From: Octopus bimaculoides
Taxonomy: Eukaryota
DNA: 45,868 nucleotides
NCBI RefSeq assembly: GCF_001194135.2
Contig: NC_068990.1
Location: 84,596,325 to 84,642,192 of the forward strand
Direction of reading: 5' to 3'
In this document: piece after piece, positions 11,477 to 26,045 of the stretch
How positions within the stretch are numbered: the stretch's first letter is position 1
How the letters are laid out: each line of letters opens with the position of its first letter
The notes under the pieces: generated by a model
The model's database searches: none
The model's input: the letters and a program-made list of their open reading frames with translations, nothing else
What the model was told of the DNA's origin: nothing
Made by a program: the position numbers and the translations under genes

Positions 11477-12996
11477 TCTATCTACCTGTCTATCTATCAA
11501 TCCTCCCAACAACAAGCAACTTGTTGGAAAGAGCTTTCCTTTGGTTCAGCAAAAGACAGACAATAAAGAAAAGAATACAATAAAGAAAAGAAAAGCCAAA
11601 AATGAAGAGGACATTGCTCCAAGAGCTCTTGTGTATGTGTGTGTACTTCTTTTTCCCCCCCCCACTCAGGGTGATAGTTTCTTGTCTTCAGGCAGATACA
11701 AAGAGAGATAGGATAAAAGATACTCATCAACTTGCCCATGCCACTTTAGTTACCTGCCTGGAGGTAGGTGGGATGAGGCAAGGTGTTTTCAAAACATTAC
11801 CAAATAAAAATGTACATGCAGATGATAAGATGTTAAACAGGACATGGGATAAGAATGGGATCGATACATTCAACTAGAATTTCAAGGCAGTGCCCCAGTA
11901 TGGCCACAAGCAAGTGAAACATCAAAACATACATTGATTTCTTGTTGACTGAGAAAGCATAACTGGTTGTATTAACCTTAGTATATGACTGGTACTTCAA
12001 CTCCAGAGATAAAATAGAGCTGAGTTTGGGCAGGATTTGAACTCAGAAGTCAAATGTCAAAAAAGAAAAAGAAAGGGAAAAGTGAAAAAGAAAAGTAGTT
12101 GCATCAACTAGTTTTCATCTATCCTACAATATCTGCAACCTCAGTTATCTGCACCCCCCCCCTATTTATACACTTACATATTATTGAACAAGATTAATCT
12201 AATTAAAATGACTCTGGTTAATTACAGGGCAAGGACACAGGAGAAAGAAAGAGAGGCAGTGACAGAGAAGGAGAACGAGAGAGAGAGAAACAAGAACAAA
12301 ATATTTGAAGAAAAAAAAACTTGTAAAATATAACCAAAGCAGAAACACAAGAATAGTTACAAGAGAAAATAAAACCAAAATATAAAAACCAAATCAAAGC
12401 AGAGTATTAGAAGAGTGCTAACTGGTGTGAAAGCACAATTTTTATTTCTCAGGAGTTCAAATTACCATTTTCTCTTCAGAGAAAGGGATTTTCTTTTTCC
12501 CACAATATACATACACCCACCACCCCTATAGCAGCTCACCCATCCAGCAAGAAGCTTTTGCTGCCTGCTTTTAGTTAGTTAAGAGCCAGGGTGTCTTTTC
12601 ATGGTGGGAATAAGTTGAATAGTGTTTTTACTTGTTGCCTCTGTGATGTTGCTGTTTTACTTGGAAAACTGTATAATTAATTATAATCTTTGGCTACCAG
12701 GGCTACACACACACACAGCCCTTTTTTTCCCTAATTCACCCATCCAACAAGAAACTATCAGCTAAGGAGGAACCCTGTAGCTTGTCCTACTAGAAACAGC
12801 AGCTAAATCTCCCATCAAATTACATCCCACTGGTTTAGAAAAGAACATAGAACCTGGCTGTGTTTTAATGACATTTTGCTTAGGTCCTTTAAGAGTTCAA
12901 ATGACAAGATTGAGAGAGTGAGAGAAACAGAGAAATAGACAGATAGCAAGAGAGGGAAGATAGAGATAAAGAGAGAAAAAGATGGCTGGAAGAGTA

Positions 12997-13029
<33 letters not shown>

Positions 13030-13220
13030 NNNNNNNNNNNNNNNNNNNNNNNNNNNNNNNNNNNNNNNNNNNNNNNNNNNNNNNNNNNNNNNNNNNNNNN
13101 NNNNNNNNNNNNNNNNNNNNNNNNNNNNNNNNNNNNNNNNNNNNNNNNNNNNNNNNNNNNNNNNNNNNNNNNNNNNNNNNNNNNNNNNNNNNNNNNNNNN
13201 NNNNNNNNNNNNNNNNNNNN

Positions 13221-13283
<63 letters not shown>

Positions 13284-15513
13284 TGAGAGAGTGTGAGACA
13301 TAAGGAGAAAGGTGACAAGACAGAAAAATAGAAGCAGAGACAAGCTGACAGTGGTAATGAGAGATAGAGAAAGATAAAAACGGGGTGGGACTGAGAGAGG
13401 TGAATTTACTTTATCAAGATTGGAAGTTGTCACAGTTCATGTCTGGAAGCTGGGACCAGATGATCAATGTGTGAGAAAGGGTGTATCTGACTATTCAAGA
13501 AGCAAACCCAGTGATAAGCAATAGGCATTGACTGTCTCAACCAAGCAGAGTTATGGAGAGGGGGTGAGGATTAAGGAAAAGTTCCCTCTCTACCCCTACC
13601 ACCCCAATTAATCCTCCAATTTTTCTCCCACTCTTCACTAAACTATATGTACTTGTAAGCTGTCACAAACACCCAACATCACACACACACACATGTATAT
13701 ATGCATTAAGATGCCAGATCAGCAAGTAGTATCAGACAGGTTCAACAAAACAGGTGGATTAAGAAGAGGAAACTATTTTTGGCATGATAACATAACATGG
13801 AAGCCGTTAGGCAGTTGCTTGACCTGCTAGAAATAGCAACCAAATTTGCTTGAATCATGCTCCCACCATCTTAAAAAGAAAGAGGCACATTAACTCATTG
13901 AATTTTAAGTACATACAATATAAGACAGGAAAGTCATGGCTGGAAAGGTTTTGATTGCAGGTCTGACCTGGGGCTACACAGCAACAACAGTTAATTGAGG
14001 GTGATAATATAAAATAACAGCCATGTACTTGAGTCAAATTAATTAATTAATTACACTTTCTGCTGAAATTTATGGCCTTGTGCCTTAGCAGAATCATTAA
14101 AACATCAAACGAAACACTATCTGGAATTTGTCCCAAGTCTTAAGTATCAACCGAATTCGATAACCTCAACTCCTAAATTTCTAGCCTTGTGGCTTTGTAA
14201 GAAATTATTTGGGTGATAGCAATTTCATCAGCCATGGAAGAGAAATTACATGAAAGTGACAGAGAGATAGAGAGAGAGAATGTGGGATGGGTGAAGAGAA
14301 GGAAAGATAACAAGTGCTAAATTTGAATACGTCAGTGTTTATATGCTCCACTGACTCAGTTAAAATGTCCATATTATATCCTTCCAAATATCACGGACAT
14401 TTTCCAGTGACTCGTTTCATTCAATATTCATGTAGACAGAAAATAATATGCACAGGGCGACAGGGCTAGTGTAATTGTGAAAACAACACAGCAGAACAAT
14501 TTCTATTCATTTCTATTCATTTCCATTAGACAGGCCTTGTGCTTATGTTAGAAATAATTAGTTATTATTGTTGTTGTTGTTATTAATTTGTTTCTCTCTT
14601 CTTTTTTTTTTACTTTTGTTTATGCTTCTCCCTTTTTAAAGTGTTTAAAATGAATGGAACAANNNNNNNNNNTATATATATAGGGCTCAAAATGATACAG
14701 AAAAAAAAAAAAAGATAGACAAATGAGGAAACAACAAACAGGGTGTATTAGTTTGACACTCCGGAAAAATGGAAATACATATATTTATAATATATACATA
14801 TACATATGCACACATACACATTTATTTACATGTATATAAGCATACAAGTATTAATGTATGTGTGTCAGAAGTGTACGCATATCATTTGTTTAACAATGTT
14901 TTTCTATATATTCACTTGGATTGGAGAGAAAAAGAGAGAGAGGGTAGAAGTGAGATGTGAAGAAGGTATTATATAGAGAAAAGTCTATCAGATAGAAAAA
15001 AATAAAAACTGTTGCATGGCAAAAGTGTGACTAAAACGTAACTTTTTAATTTTTGTCACATAATATTCCCTTGTCTCCCACACTGACGATGACTAACAGA
15101 ATGATATTCTCAAGCAACAAACAGAATTTTTAAAACATAGGAATTCAAAAACAAACTTTAAACAAACTCAAAACCTCAAGTTAGGCAAGCCTTAATTCAT
15201 CCTCCTCAAGCAGGATAGCCTGAGGAGTAGTAAGGTCTTGATATAAGATATTCAAAGTAGTGCAAGTGAAAACAGGAAAGACTAACACACCCACCCACTG
15301 ATGAAACTGGAACCTAGAACCTATTGTTAACCAAGTGATCACTACACAATTTGGGTCCCATGGCCTTATGTTCTTTTCTGTCTCAAACTGATGGGTTTTT
15401 CTTTATCTCTTCTTGTGCTGTGCCTATAGGTATTGGGCAACCATGGACTTCTACGCAAAAATCAGATGATTCATGATTTTTCTTGAGAAAAAATTCATCG
15501 CTTTCTGCTAGCC

Positions 15514-15904
15514 TATTCTTTTACTTGCTTCAATCATTTGACTGCAGCCATGCTGGAGCACCACCTTAAAAGGTTTTAGTCAAAGAAATCAACCCCATTC
15601 TTTGTAAGCCTAATACTCATTCTATCAGTTACTTTTGCTGAACTGCTAAGTTATAGGGGACATAAACACACCAACATCGGTTGTCAAGCGATAGTGGGGG
15701 GACAAACTCAGACACAAAAACACACACATGCACATAAATATACATACATATATACGACAGGCTTCTTTCAGTTTCGGTCTACCAAATCTACTCACAAGGC
15801 TTTAGTCGGCCCAAGGCTATAGTAGAAGACACTTGCCCAAGGTCTCATGCAGTGGAACTGAACTTGGAACCATGTGGTTGGGAAGCAAGCTTCTTACCAC
15901 GCCT
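15514..15904 (-). mobile_element. SINE family A, near full-length
   Basis: Reverse complement of the 10474-10905 copy. Confidence 0.85.
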
Positions 15905-16842
15905 AAACTCAAATAATCCTTTCAGAACCCCAAAATAATCCTAGTTGAGCTGTATTTTTAAGCTTGTCTAGGACTACATTATCAGATATGTTGTTTCCTG
16001 TCTGATATGATTTGAAGGAGATTTGACTACTATTTCTAGCATATGAAGTGACCACATAGCATCTCCTTCACTAACTCAGGATAATATCCTGTTTTATGAA
16101 GTTGTAAGTTATGGTAGTGAACATTCTGCTTTAAGTCTTTTGCAACTATATATTTCTAACACTGCCTACGTGTTTCAATTCATTTTGAAAATGATCAAGA
16201 ATTTGGAGGAATTTCCTGTGTTCAAGGAGCTATTTGCTTTTGTTTTTTTTTTTGCTTTTTTTTTTCATAGTTTAGCTAAGTGTTTCAAACATGACTTAAA
16301 AGAAAAATGCTTCTACATAAGATTATATAGAACGGTTTTAACTTAAAGATGTACATTTTAAACTGGGTATTTTATATTGTAGAACCAGACACAATCTTGA
16401 GTATGTTAGGATCAAATGGGTTTTAACTGTGTGAGGAAAATGAATTATTTGACCACTTTTGGAACACTGAACAGAATTCTTCATCATTTGCACATTTCGG
16501 ATACCTCTAAGTATATAAATAAAAAGAGCTGACTGACTTTAAAACACAATCGGAGAAACCCTTGCCTTCTAGTATTAATTTCTAAATATTTTAGTGAATA
16601 TATAAAGCATGAGTAGGGAAAACACTTGTCTATAGGTAAAATTTCACCCACATTCAATGAAATTTGAAAAGTGAAAAACAAAACAAAAAATGATTCAAGC
16701 CAAAACAATAATTTTAGTATAATTTTGATATATGACTATGTAAATTAAGGTCTATATTCTCAACAAAGATGCACTTCAGTAGGTTCATGTAAATTTGCAA
16801 TTTATTTGTAGTACTAAAAAAGGTCCCCAGCCTTATGCAGTG

Positions 16843-17035
16843 CAGGGTTTCTCAACCATTTTTTAATTTCTGGACTCCTTTGAACTATTCTATTCTAGTG
16901 GACCCCCATAGCCATTCAACATTTAGAAACTAGTGTAATAGAAAGGCCCTTAAAATACTATTGTGGATCCCCAATTTACTATTTTGTTGTGTAGACCCTA
17001 AAAATCTTATATGGACCCCCAGTTGAGAATCACCA
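16843..17035. mobile_element. Degenerate hAT-type MITE
   Basis: Ends CAGGGTTTCTCAAC / GTTGAGAATCACCA; degenerate TSD ATGCAGTG/GTGTAGTG. The 3' half recurs at ~7681-7764. Confidence 0.6.
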
Positions 17036-19581
17036 GTGTAGTGGATCCCTCTATTATTTTATACTATTGAGTTTGCTAATAAGGGCTACTCTGTTCTAGT
17101 TATGACCCTTTATAGATAAAAAGTAGTATGGCTGACAAACAGCACAGCTAAAGAGCCTTTAAATGTTTCTGTATAAACTCTAAAGAAATTATTCATCCAA
17201 TTCACAGGGCAATTAAACAGTTGCAAGCCACTGAATGACAAACAGTTGCGTAGGACTCTCTGGGCATCTCATAGAGTGTATCAAAACAAAACTGGAAAGA
17301 CGATGCTATTGCTAGAACTCTAAAATGACAATAACAATATAACCACCTGCACAGCTAAGAGAGCAAACAGTGAAGAGAGCAAGGCATACTGAGTTAGGGG
17401 AAAATTAAGGGGAAAATGAAACAAGTGAGATGGGAAGAGAAGGAGATGAAGTATCAAATTTAACAACAGTCTCGGTTTTAATTGCTTGACTTGCAAACAC
17501 ATCAACTTATCAGAATTAGGAAAACTGCTTTCATAAAAATTCCTGTAAAGCTTTTGGGCAAACCACCAAACCCATATTATTCTAGCTAGACAAGCTTTTA
17601 CTCGTCACACAATTTATTTAATTTAAATTCTTGTTTTATAACTAACAACATGATATTAACATAATTTATTCCTTCTTTAAATAGCATAAGCATATATACA
17701 CTTACAATTTGATGTAACTAAATAAATCAGAACAAGTTTGGGAGCTGAAGGAGTGTCAGCAATTTATGGAATGTATCAACAGTTGTCAGCAAGCACCACA
17801 CAGTTAACAAACAGACTAAGTGGTCAAGTGTGAGTGAGCAGGAATCAAACAAATAACACACAGCTAAATATGGCTAGGCAAAAACACACAGCTAAATATG
17901 GTTGATTATATCATCTTATCTTTTAAGTGATTCTGTCAACCACGCCACACTTATATATTCATTTTATATTGCAATTGTTAAACAATGTACGCCATTGGTT
18001 ACAAGTCTCCAACAAGCTAATCACAGATTCACTGCATTTCTGAATGTAAGAGTAAGAAGCAAGTTTCTGTAACTCACCACAGAATGGATATTGCAAAGAC
18101 CACCACTAACATCCTTTACTAATATGTATCAGTAAAAAATACACACACACACAAACACACACATATGTGCATGTCTTGTGTATGAGCATGCATCTACACA
18201 CACACACACACACAAGGACTCAGGACTACATAGTTACAAATCTAACTTCTGAACCACACAGTAATGTCTGCGTTACAGTTCTTGTGTGAGGCCATTTCAC
18301 TCCAATTACATCCCTGAGAAAGGGAGACGTCATAAACACCACAACATCTCATCCTTTCTTAACCTTCAAATATACAATTAAGGTAGTTTTAACATATTTT
18401 ATGTAGTGAGCATTAAAAAAAAATAGAAATAATTATGCAGTGGGGAAAAGAAATGACATCAGCTCAAGAACTAATATCTTATTCAATTCAGCAAGAGAGA
18501 AAACTGCAAACATATTTCATTTGTATTAGACCTCTTCAGCAAAGCGTAAACTTCCCATTCCTTGTTAAAGTAATGATGAATGCAAAATATATGTAGAGGT
18601 GAGATGGTCGAATGGTTAAGAGACTGACTGAGTTGCTTCCTCAGCAGTCACACATTCAGATTTGTTTGCATGAGTTTGGTGTTTTTCTGGACAGAATATT
18701 TTATTCTATTACTTCAGTTCATCTTGGTGCCAGTAATAATGGGTACCACCAGATAAGAATGACACCTCGAGATAACCATGACATTAACATGTAAGGCTAT
18801 CATAATGAAATCACTGTCATTAAGACATCTATCCAATAATGGAGACTCAACATGGTCACTTGACCTTGCTAGAGATAACACTCTCTCATTAAAAAAAGAA
18901 ATCGATAAAGGTCAAATTCGAAATGTAGTCTCTGATCATCCGATGATGGTTGACCTGAGACTAAATAACAATAGACCATTGTTGATGTCTAACCCTTAGT
19001 CATCATATTCTAAAACTAACAGAACTAAACATATCTAAATTCACAAACCTTCAAAACTAAACTATCATAACTAACCCATAAACCTTTTCAGGCTCTGGCA
19101 GAACAGTACATAAGGTTAATATGTAGAAGTGAGGGTGATAAGCTCAGTATAGCTTATGTTCATTCTCTTAAGTCTCAGTGAATTGGAAGGGGATGAGGAC
19201 AGAATGGAGATGATGGGTTGGGGAAGAGAAGGGAGTGGAGTAGTTCCAAAAAAACGTGGTATAGCTCTGTGAAAAAGAGATTAGGCATTTCCATATCACT
19301 CACACAAAAACAAACACAAAATTTCAGCGTTGTATTTTTTGTCTCAAGTTTTCTTCTCTTGGCCTCTGCTCGGAGGAAAAACACAAAACCAAAAAATTGT
19401 ACAAAAAATAATAAAATAAAAAAGAAAACATAGCTTATATTTCGAATGATGCTGAATCAGAATTTATTTCCTTATGAAACAACAACTACATAAAACAAAA
19501 CAATAAAACAAATATGCATACAAAGCAGGCCATTATTTCACAGTAAACAAGGACAACATACTACACACACATTACTTCACT

Positions 19582-19617
<36 letters not shown>

Positions 19618-22600
19618 CATCTATTATACAATACAAACAAAAACCTGAGTTAGAAGCAGCTGTAGACAATTTAGCAATATTTGAGAATCTCCAACAAACT
19701 GCAACCAATATCCGCAAATAAATAAATAAATAAATAAAGGAGAAGAAAAACAAAGAGAGAAATGAATGAGATTAATATATTTGAATATATTAAAATAAGA
19801 ATGGTGAATAAGCAGAAACAAGAAACTGTAGAGCACTGAACTAAATTCCTTATAGTATTTAATTTCGTTCTCCACCTCTTTACATATTGAGATCAAATCT
19901 ATTATAATTCCATTAGCACCCTAGACACTATATAAGAATATTAAATCAAACTTCAGTGCATGACTGGTATTTTATTTTATTGACATCAAAACGAACAGCA
20001 AAGATGATCCTAGTAGGAATTGAACTCATAACGTAAAGAACTGTAACTAAATTCCACAAGACATTTTGTCTGACAATCCAACAATTATTATTTCTTTGAC
20101 ATACACCCATTATGACTTTCATTGGCTACTATTTTTCCCCCTCTTTCTAACACCAGAAGGAGAAAGATAAGCTCAGTGCTAAGAATCCCCAATTACGAGT
20201 AAGCAGTCTCATTGCCTTGCGAAAAAAAACTAAAGCCCTTGTAATAAATTGGCAGAACACTATTTCAGCAACTACTGCAGCCAAACTAGAGCCAAATCTG
20301 GTCAATACTAGTGAGACCAAGAAGGGATTCTGGCATCTGGGCAACTCCATACGGCCAACTCAAAGATCTTCATACACCCAAACTGGTATATATATATATA
20401 TATATATATGTCATTAAACTGAGTGTAGGATAAAAGCCCCTTAGGACAAAGGACCCCTAGGACAAAAACCCCACGGTTATATTTTTTGATTATTTTTTTC
20501 ACCTTTTACTTGTTTCAGTTTGAAAAAGTTTTAGTCAAATGTAACAACCCCAGTATTTTTTTTTAATGATTTTCAACCAACACATGAAGTTAAGCCTAGA
20601 AGGTATCTCCACATGCTAGATATAACAGCCAAATCTCTTGAAATTTTTTTGGTTGCAGAAAAATCAGCATTTTAAAATATACATTTAAAGTCTTGTTTTT
20701 TTCACTCAGCACTTACGGATTAATGAGAATAAGCTGACCTTTTGAACTTTCTCCGGCCGTTGAAGGTCCAACAGATGAGATACACACACATATATACGAT
20801 GGGCTTCCTTCAGTTTCTGTTTACCAAATCCACTCACTAGGCTTTTGGTCGGCCCAGATTACATTTGCCCAAGGTGGGACAGAACCCAGGACTATATGGT
20901 TGGCTGGTTTGTTCGTTGGTTGGAAAGCAAACTTCTTATCACCCCCTCTGTATTGGAAATCTTACTGTATTAATGTTACTTTGTCAACTTTGTAGCATTA
21001 TGTAAATGAGTTGCGTTTCACATTTTTAATGAGTAGATCTACGTTAATTTCTTTCTTACAAAACGGGAATCTAGAAATAGGAGATCTTCGGTTCAATGCT
21101 TAATTGATTGATACTGCCGAAAACCATCTGCTTTAATCAATGGATATAGGGATATACGTTCATGGCAAGAATACATATGTTATTTCATATCAATACATTA
21201 GATTCTTATTTCAAATGCTGCAATGGACGACTTCGTTGGCTCTTCCTCCCTAAGACAATTTACATTGATGAGAATTGAGAATTTTATCAAATGCAGAACC
21301 AGTTATAAATGATATTTAGAAACGTCAAGCCCATGAAAGAGCCTCAAATGCAGTATCTAGATCTGTCAGATATAGCTCCCAAATGTCACAGATCATATCA
21401 TACAATTTTAAAGCAGACGATCACATTAGATAATGTTCTCATAGAAACCTCCACGAAAAGAAGAGGTAGTCAAAGAAAGGATGATTACAGCTAGAACGTC
21501 TTTAATTATAAGGTCTCTGCTTTTATCAGAGTTGGTGAGGGTTAATATATATACAATAACAACATATATACTAAGAAATAGTCAGTCTCTTCTACTTATT
21601 GCGTCAACAAATGTTTGAGAACATTTCCAACAAGGAAATTATGTAAACATAATGAGGAAGAAAGAAAGAAAAAAGATAAGAAATAAAAACAATTGAACGA
21701 ATTCTGGCAATCACTAAAAGAAAATCAAGAATTCAAAAAGAGAACGAAAAGATAAGGAAAAAAAAAACGGGGTGAAGCTCCTTAGAATTTGGTATGTATA
21801 TCTAAGGATACATCTTGATTCGTCAGCTAAAATATATATTGGTAGCAAACACAGTAATTTTATGAAGAAAAGAAAAGAAAAACAGAACTTCTAGTCATGT
21901 TTTGATGTAACCTACACCCTCTCCAAGAACCTTTTTTATTTCTTTTTTACGCACATCACCACACACAGACATATATACACATCTCTCTCACCCTGTCAGC
22001 ATCTCACATACACACTAATTCCTTTACTCTCACACTAGCTCTCTTACATACACATTTTCTTATAACACACGCAATATCACTCTAGTTCTCATTTCATACG
22101 CACAAGCGCGCGCACGCACACACACTCACACACTTAGACTCTCAATCTTTCCCTCTTCAACGCAATCTCTTTCTATGTACTCCCTCTCTCATATCTTCTA
22201 CGTTTTTCTGTTCACCAACAACCTGTTGATGAAAGCAGTGAGAATTATAAAGAAATACAAAAAATTTATACGGGGTGAAGAGGTAGAGTGGGTTTGTGAA
22301 CATACATAGCTGAAGTGTGAGAGAGCATGGTATATTAGTGAGATGAGGAAGGCGAGCAGCCATCAGGCAGGCAGGAAGGAAGGGATAGTTTGTATTGTAA
22401 CAAGAGGGCTATGTATGTGTGTATGTTGTTTTCTACTGTAATAACAGCAGGCACAAGCATTGCGTTGTTGATTACAAGGAAATTTGAGTGAAGTGGAGTT
22501 GTTTTTTTTGTTTAATCACTGAATACATATTTTTGCTATTATTTTTAATAGACAGTTACAAAAGTGACTCAAGTGCTGAGAGTTTCGTGACAATTTTGTA

Positions 22601-23296
22601 AGGGCCGGGAATAATTTAGCAAAAATGTATGTAATATTCTCAAGCTTTGCATGTTGATTCTACTAAACCTATGCATACATACAATAAGAAACCATAATGG
22701 TTTACTCGAGGTGCATTTCAAAAAGGTGAACAGGAGTAGGATGTGTATGTTTATAACTTGAAGGGGAATGAAAACACTTTACTTGGTGAAGAGACGGCTT
22801 TATAACCGTCCAATTGTGTTAGCGGTGAGTCTAAATATATTGCAATAGAATTTTTTAAATGCACTCAAGGATGCACGTTAAGAATTTAACATTTATAAAA
22901 AAAATGTTTGGTAAAGTATAGTAACAACATGCTATTTGATTTGGTTGGGGTCTGTCTGTCTGTCTGAAAGAGAGCAGGACAAAGAAGAAATACAATACAT
23001 ACCACCTAACAACATCTCACAATACTATAAAACAACACTTTGAAAGTTAGTGGCGGTGTCTAAGCTGTAATAACAAGAAATCTGATTTCTCGCATAAATA
23101 GAAGAAACTATAACAACAGCCTCATATAATCTAATGAAACCAAATGTAATTTTGCCACTAGTAAATGCCTCAACAAAGAGTTGGTATACTGTGTGAAAGT
23201 GATGTTGGTAAATCAAAATGAAGGAACTTATCTAGGCTTAGCGGAACGACTTTTAAGGATAGATATACACAGCACACCTACTCTTTTTGACATTCA

Positions 23297-23351
<55 letters not shown>

Positions 23352-23356
23352 TATAT

Positions 23357-23686
23357 ATGGGTACAGGACGTCACCAACTGTGTAAAGAACATGAAATACG
23401 AAAAGAAACGTGTTAAATACGCAAACACCGAGAGAAAAAATGGAATACAGGACAAGTAACACAAAGAATGACCCTTCATCAGTTGTCGGCTGTTTATCTA
23501 CTCCTCATTTTGTGCATTGTCGTTGAATGCTCGAAATGAGGAGTAGATAGACAGCCGACAACTGATGAAGGGTCGTTCTTTGTGTTACTTGTCCTGTATT
23601 CCATTTTTCTCTCGTTGTTTGCGTATTTAACACGTTTCTATTCGTACTTCATGTTTCTTACACAATTGGTGGCGTCCTGTACTCAT
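23357..23686. mobile_element. Foldback/palindromic MITE-like element in a (TA)n tract
   Basis: Arms 23357-23518 and 23526-23686 are near-perfect reverse complements with a 7-nt loop (GTCGTTG). (TA)n lies on both sides. Confidence 0.85.
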
Positions 23687-23689
23687 ATA

Positions 23690-23728
<39 letters not shown>

Positions 23729-26045
23729 GCAAACACATATGCGTGAGGAGGGAATGTATATATGTACACACGCATGCTATATGGCTGAGGTAAAATACTT
23801 CAGAAGAAGAGTGTTATGCATACTAAATGCCTCTACATTATATTACGTCTATGAATACGTAATATGATTTGAAAAACTTCTACAAATAAGATTGTGTGTG
23901 TGTGTGGAGGACTAAAAAAGTATGACTTTCTCTTTTTTTAAAGGGGGGTGAGGGGGAAAGTTGAAGACGTGAACCTGCGGAAACATGCTTTACATGTGTA
24001 ACACATAAACTAGAGAATACATAATATACATGTATCTATACATGTAATACTGGAGAGTAAATAGTTTAACTTTGCTTAACAAACAACGAACAACGTGCTC
24101 CCGGCCAAGTAAATGTCATAACTAGCAAAACGTAAAAAGAGAGAAAAGGACTGTACAAAAACGTACACCTTTATTTATTTATAGTTTATAAAACAAACAC
24201 TGCTTTGTGATTATTCTGATCTTTTAAGACGGGCCAATACCTTAACTTCACTTTTTTAAACCAAGTAGTCAATTATCATTATTATTTTATTGTATTATTT
24301 CTTTTAAATAAATCTATTTAACAGGTTGAAAGCAAACAACATTTGAGTGCATGTCACTATAAAGTAGTTTTTTTTTTGGGGGGGGGGGGGTTCACATACC
24401 TTCCTTACAATCCAACCACACAAAAATCATGCGCTTCTATTGATATCAGGTTTGCTGGCGTTGCTTGATTACTTTCATTGTTATATAATAATCCCATGTA
24501 AAACTTTATACAAATATTAAACCGACCCAAGTTCTTTCCAAGCATTTTATTTTATCGATTTCAGGGTAAAGAAAAACAAGTTCGACTTCGTCAGGATTTT
24601 AAAATTAAAAAGGAGTGTATACTGAATATAAGTAAGCTTTATGGTAGTCGCTCTAATAATAATTTTTGACATTAGCAAAAATTTGTCAGTGCATTTCAAT
24701 GAAGTAAATAGTCGATTTAACTGATTTCTATCGTTTAATCACCTCGGTAAAGGAAAATACTAAGTCGACAGCGGGGTGGGATTTGAACACAGAGCATATT
24801 AAAGAAAAAGACGTAACTAAATACACCTAGATAGAACGCTGTTTCACTGATTCTTTCAGCAGCCTCTCTTTAAAAAAAGATGATAGTTGTTTCCAATTTA
24901 GACAAAGGACCAGCAAATTTGAGATGTGAACTTAGTTGATACCTTTGACCACAGTACTTGTAGTTGACATCCCTCCGGGATGACAGGTACAAGGCTAAAA
25001 ATAAGTAGGGAAGGGGTTTAATTGATACCAAGAATTCTAGTACTGGTACTTCCTTTCATCAACCCGAAAAAGACGACAGGCAAAGTTGACCTTGGTGAAA
25101 TTTGAAGTCAGAACAAAGTGATGTAACTAAATGCAGCTGCTTTTAAAATGATAATTGTTACAATCATAAGCACAAATTTAAAAGGAGCTGTTAGACGATT
25201 TGCAGTGCTAGCAGACATGATATCAAAGCAGATAAATACTTCTTTTTTATCAACTGTGGCGGGGAAAAATCAAAGCTAGCCTAAGAAATCCGGCAAGTTA
25301 ATTTTCCTAACGTCTAACAATATGCTTTTTTGTTGTTCCTAATGTTTTGTCAATGATTACAAAGTGAATAGAAAAGAATTTAGTCTTCTTTTATCGTTTA
25401 GTCTTTCGAAATCTTGGTTTATTAACAAATAAGCACATGAATAGATGTGCTGCAAAGAAGTTAGCTACGCAACTATGTGGTTTAGAATTCGATCCCTCTG
25501 CGCAATAACTTTGGTAGGTGTCTGTCTACCATAGCCTTGAATCGGCCCAAAAGCTTGTGAATGAAATCGTAGCTTGTTTAAAGCACTGTTCGTGTTCGAG
25601 GACTATAGCGAGTTTAATTAACATTACCATCTATCCCTTGAGTGACTATAATGGAATCCACTCTATTGCAAATATTTGAACCAAGACTTCTTTCTCACCA
25701 ATCACTGAAATCCTGGAAATATTCATAGGCACTGCCCTTTTCTCTAGAGGGCAAATGATATGGATATTAAATACAACGCCCTGCACTATCATATGCCGAA
25801 CGAGCTACAGATTATGCAAAATGCAACAGAAATATGTTCACACATGTATAGGTACTCAGCCACATACTTTTCTTTCCACAGATATTGTGGATGGCTTATA
25901 CTAATTGACTGTACAAATATATTCAAATATTGATACACAAACGAATAGAAAATCTTTTTGTTAACATCCATCAACTGGTATCAAATACTTCTAATTATGC
26001 ATCGGAGTTGTAAGTGGAGACCTACATCGAAACAGTACGTGCTTC

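Noticed and set aside
18612-18794. GYHQIRM motif resembling Gypsy RT
   Set aside because: The flanking residues do not fit the RT alignment (no preceding LDL motif, no following TAF or YxDD), so it is probably chance.
20157-20198. Possible plus-strand exon (KEKDKLSAKNPQLR) with a good acceptor and GTAAGC donor
   Set aside because: No recognisable protein and no partner exons, and the A-rich plus strand suggests minus-strand transcription. Only RNA-seq could rescue it.
21330-21420. Minus-strand DLDTAFEALSW resembling the LINE RT motif LDxEKAFDxVxW
   Set aside because: Short, stop-bounded, and without other RT motifs nearby.
23520-23580. Hammerhead ribozyme (CTGATGA and GAAA present)
   Set aside because: The motif order and helices do not fit a hammerhead core; the structure is explained by the simple foldback.
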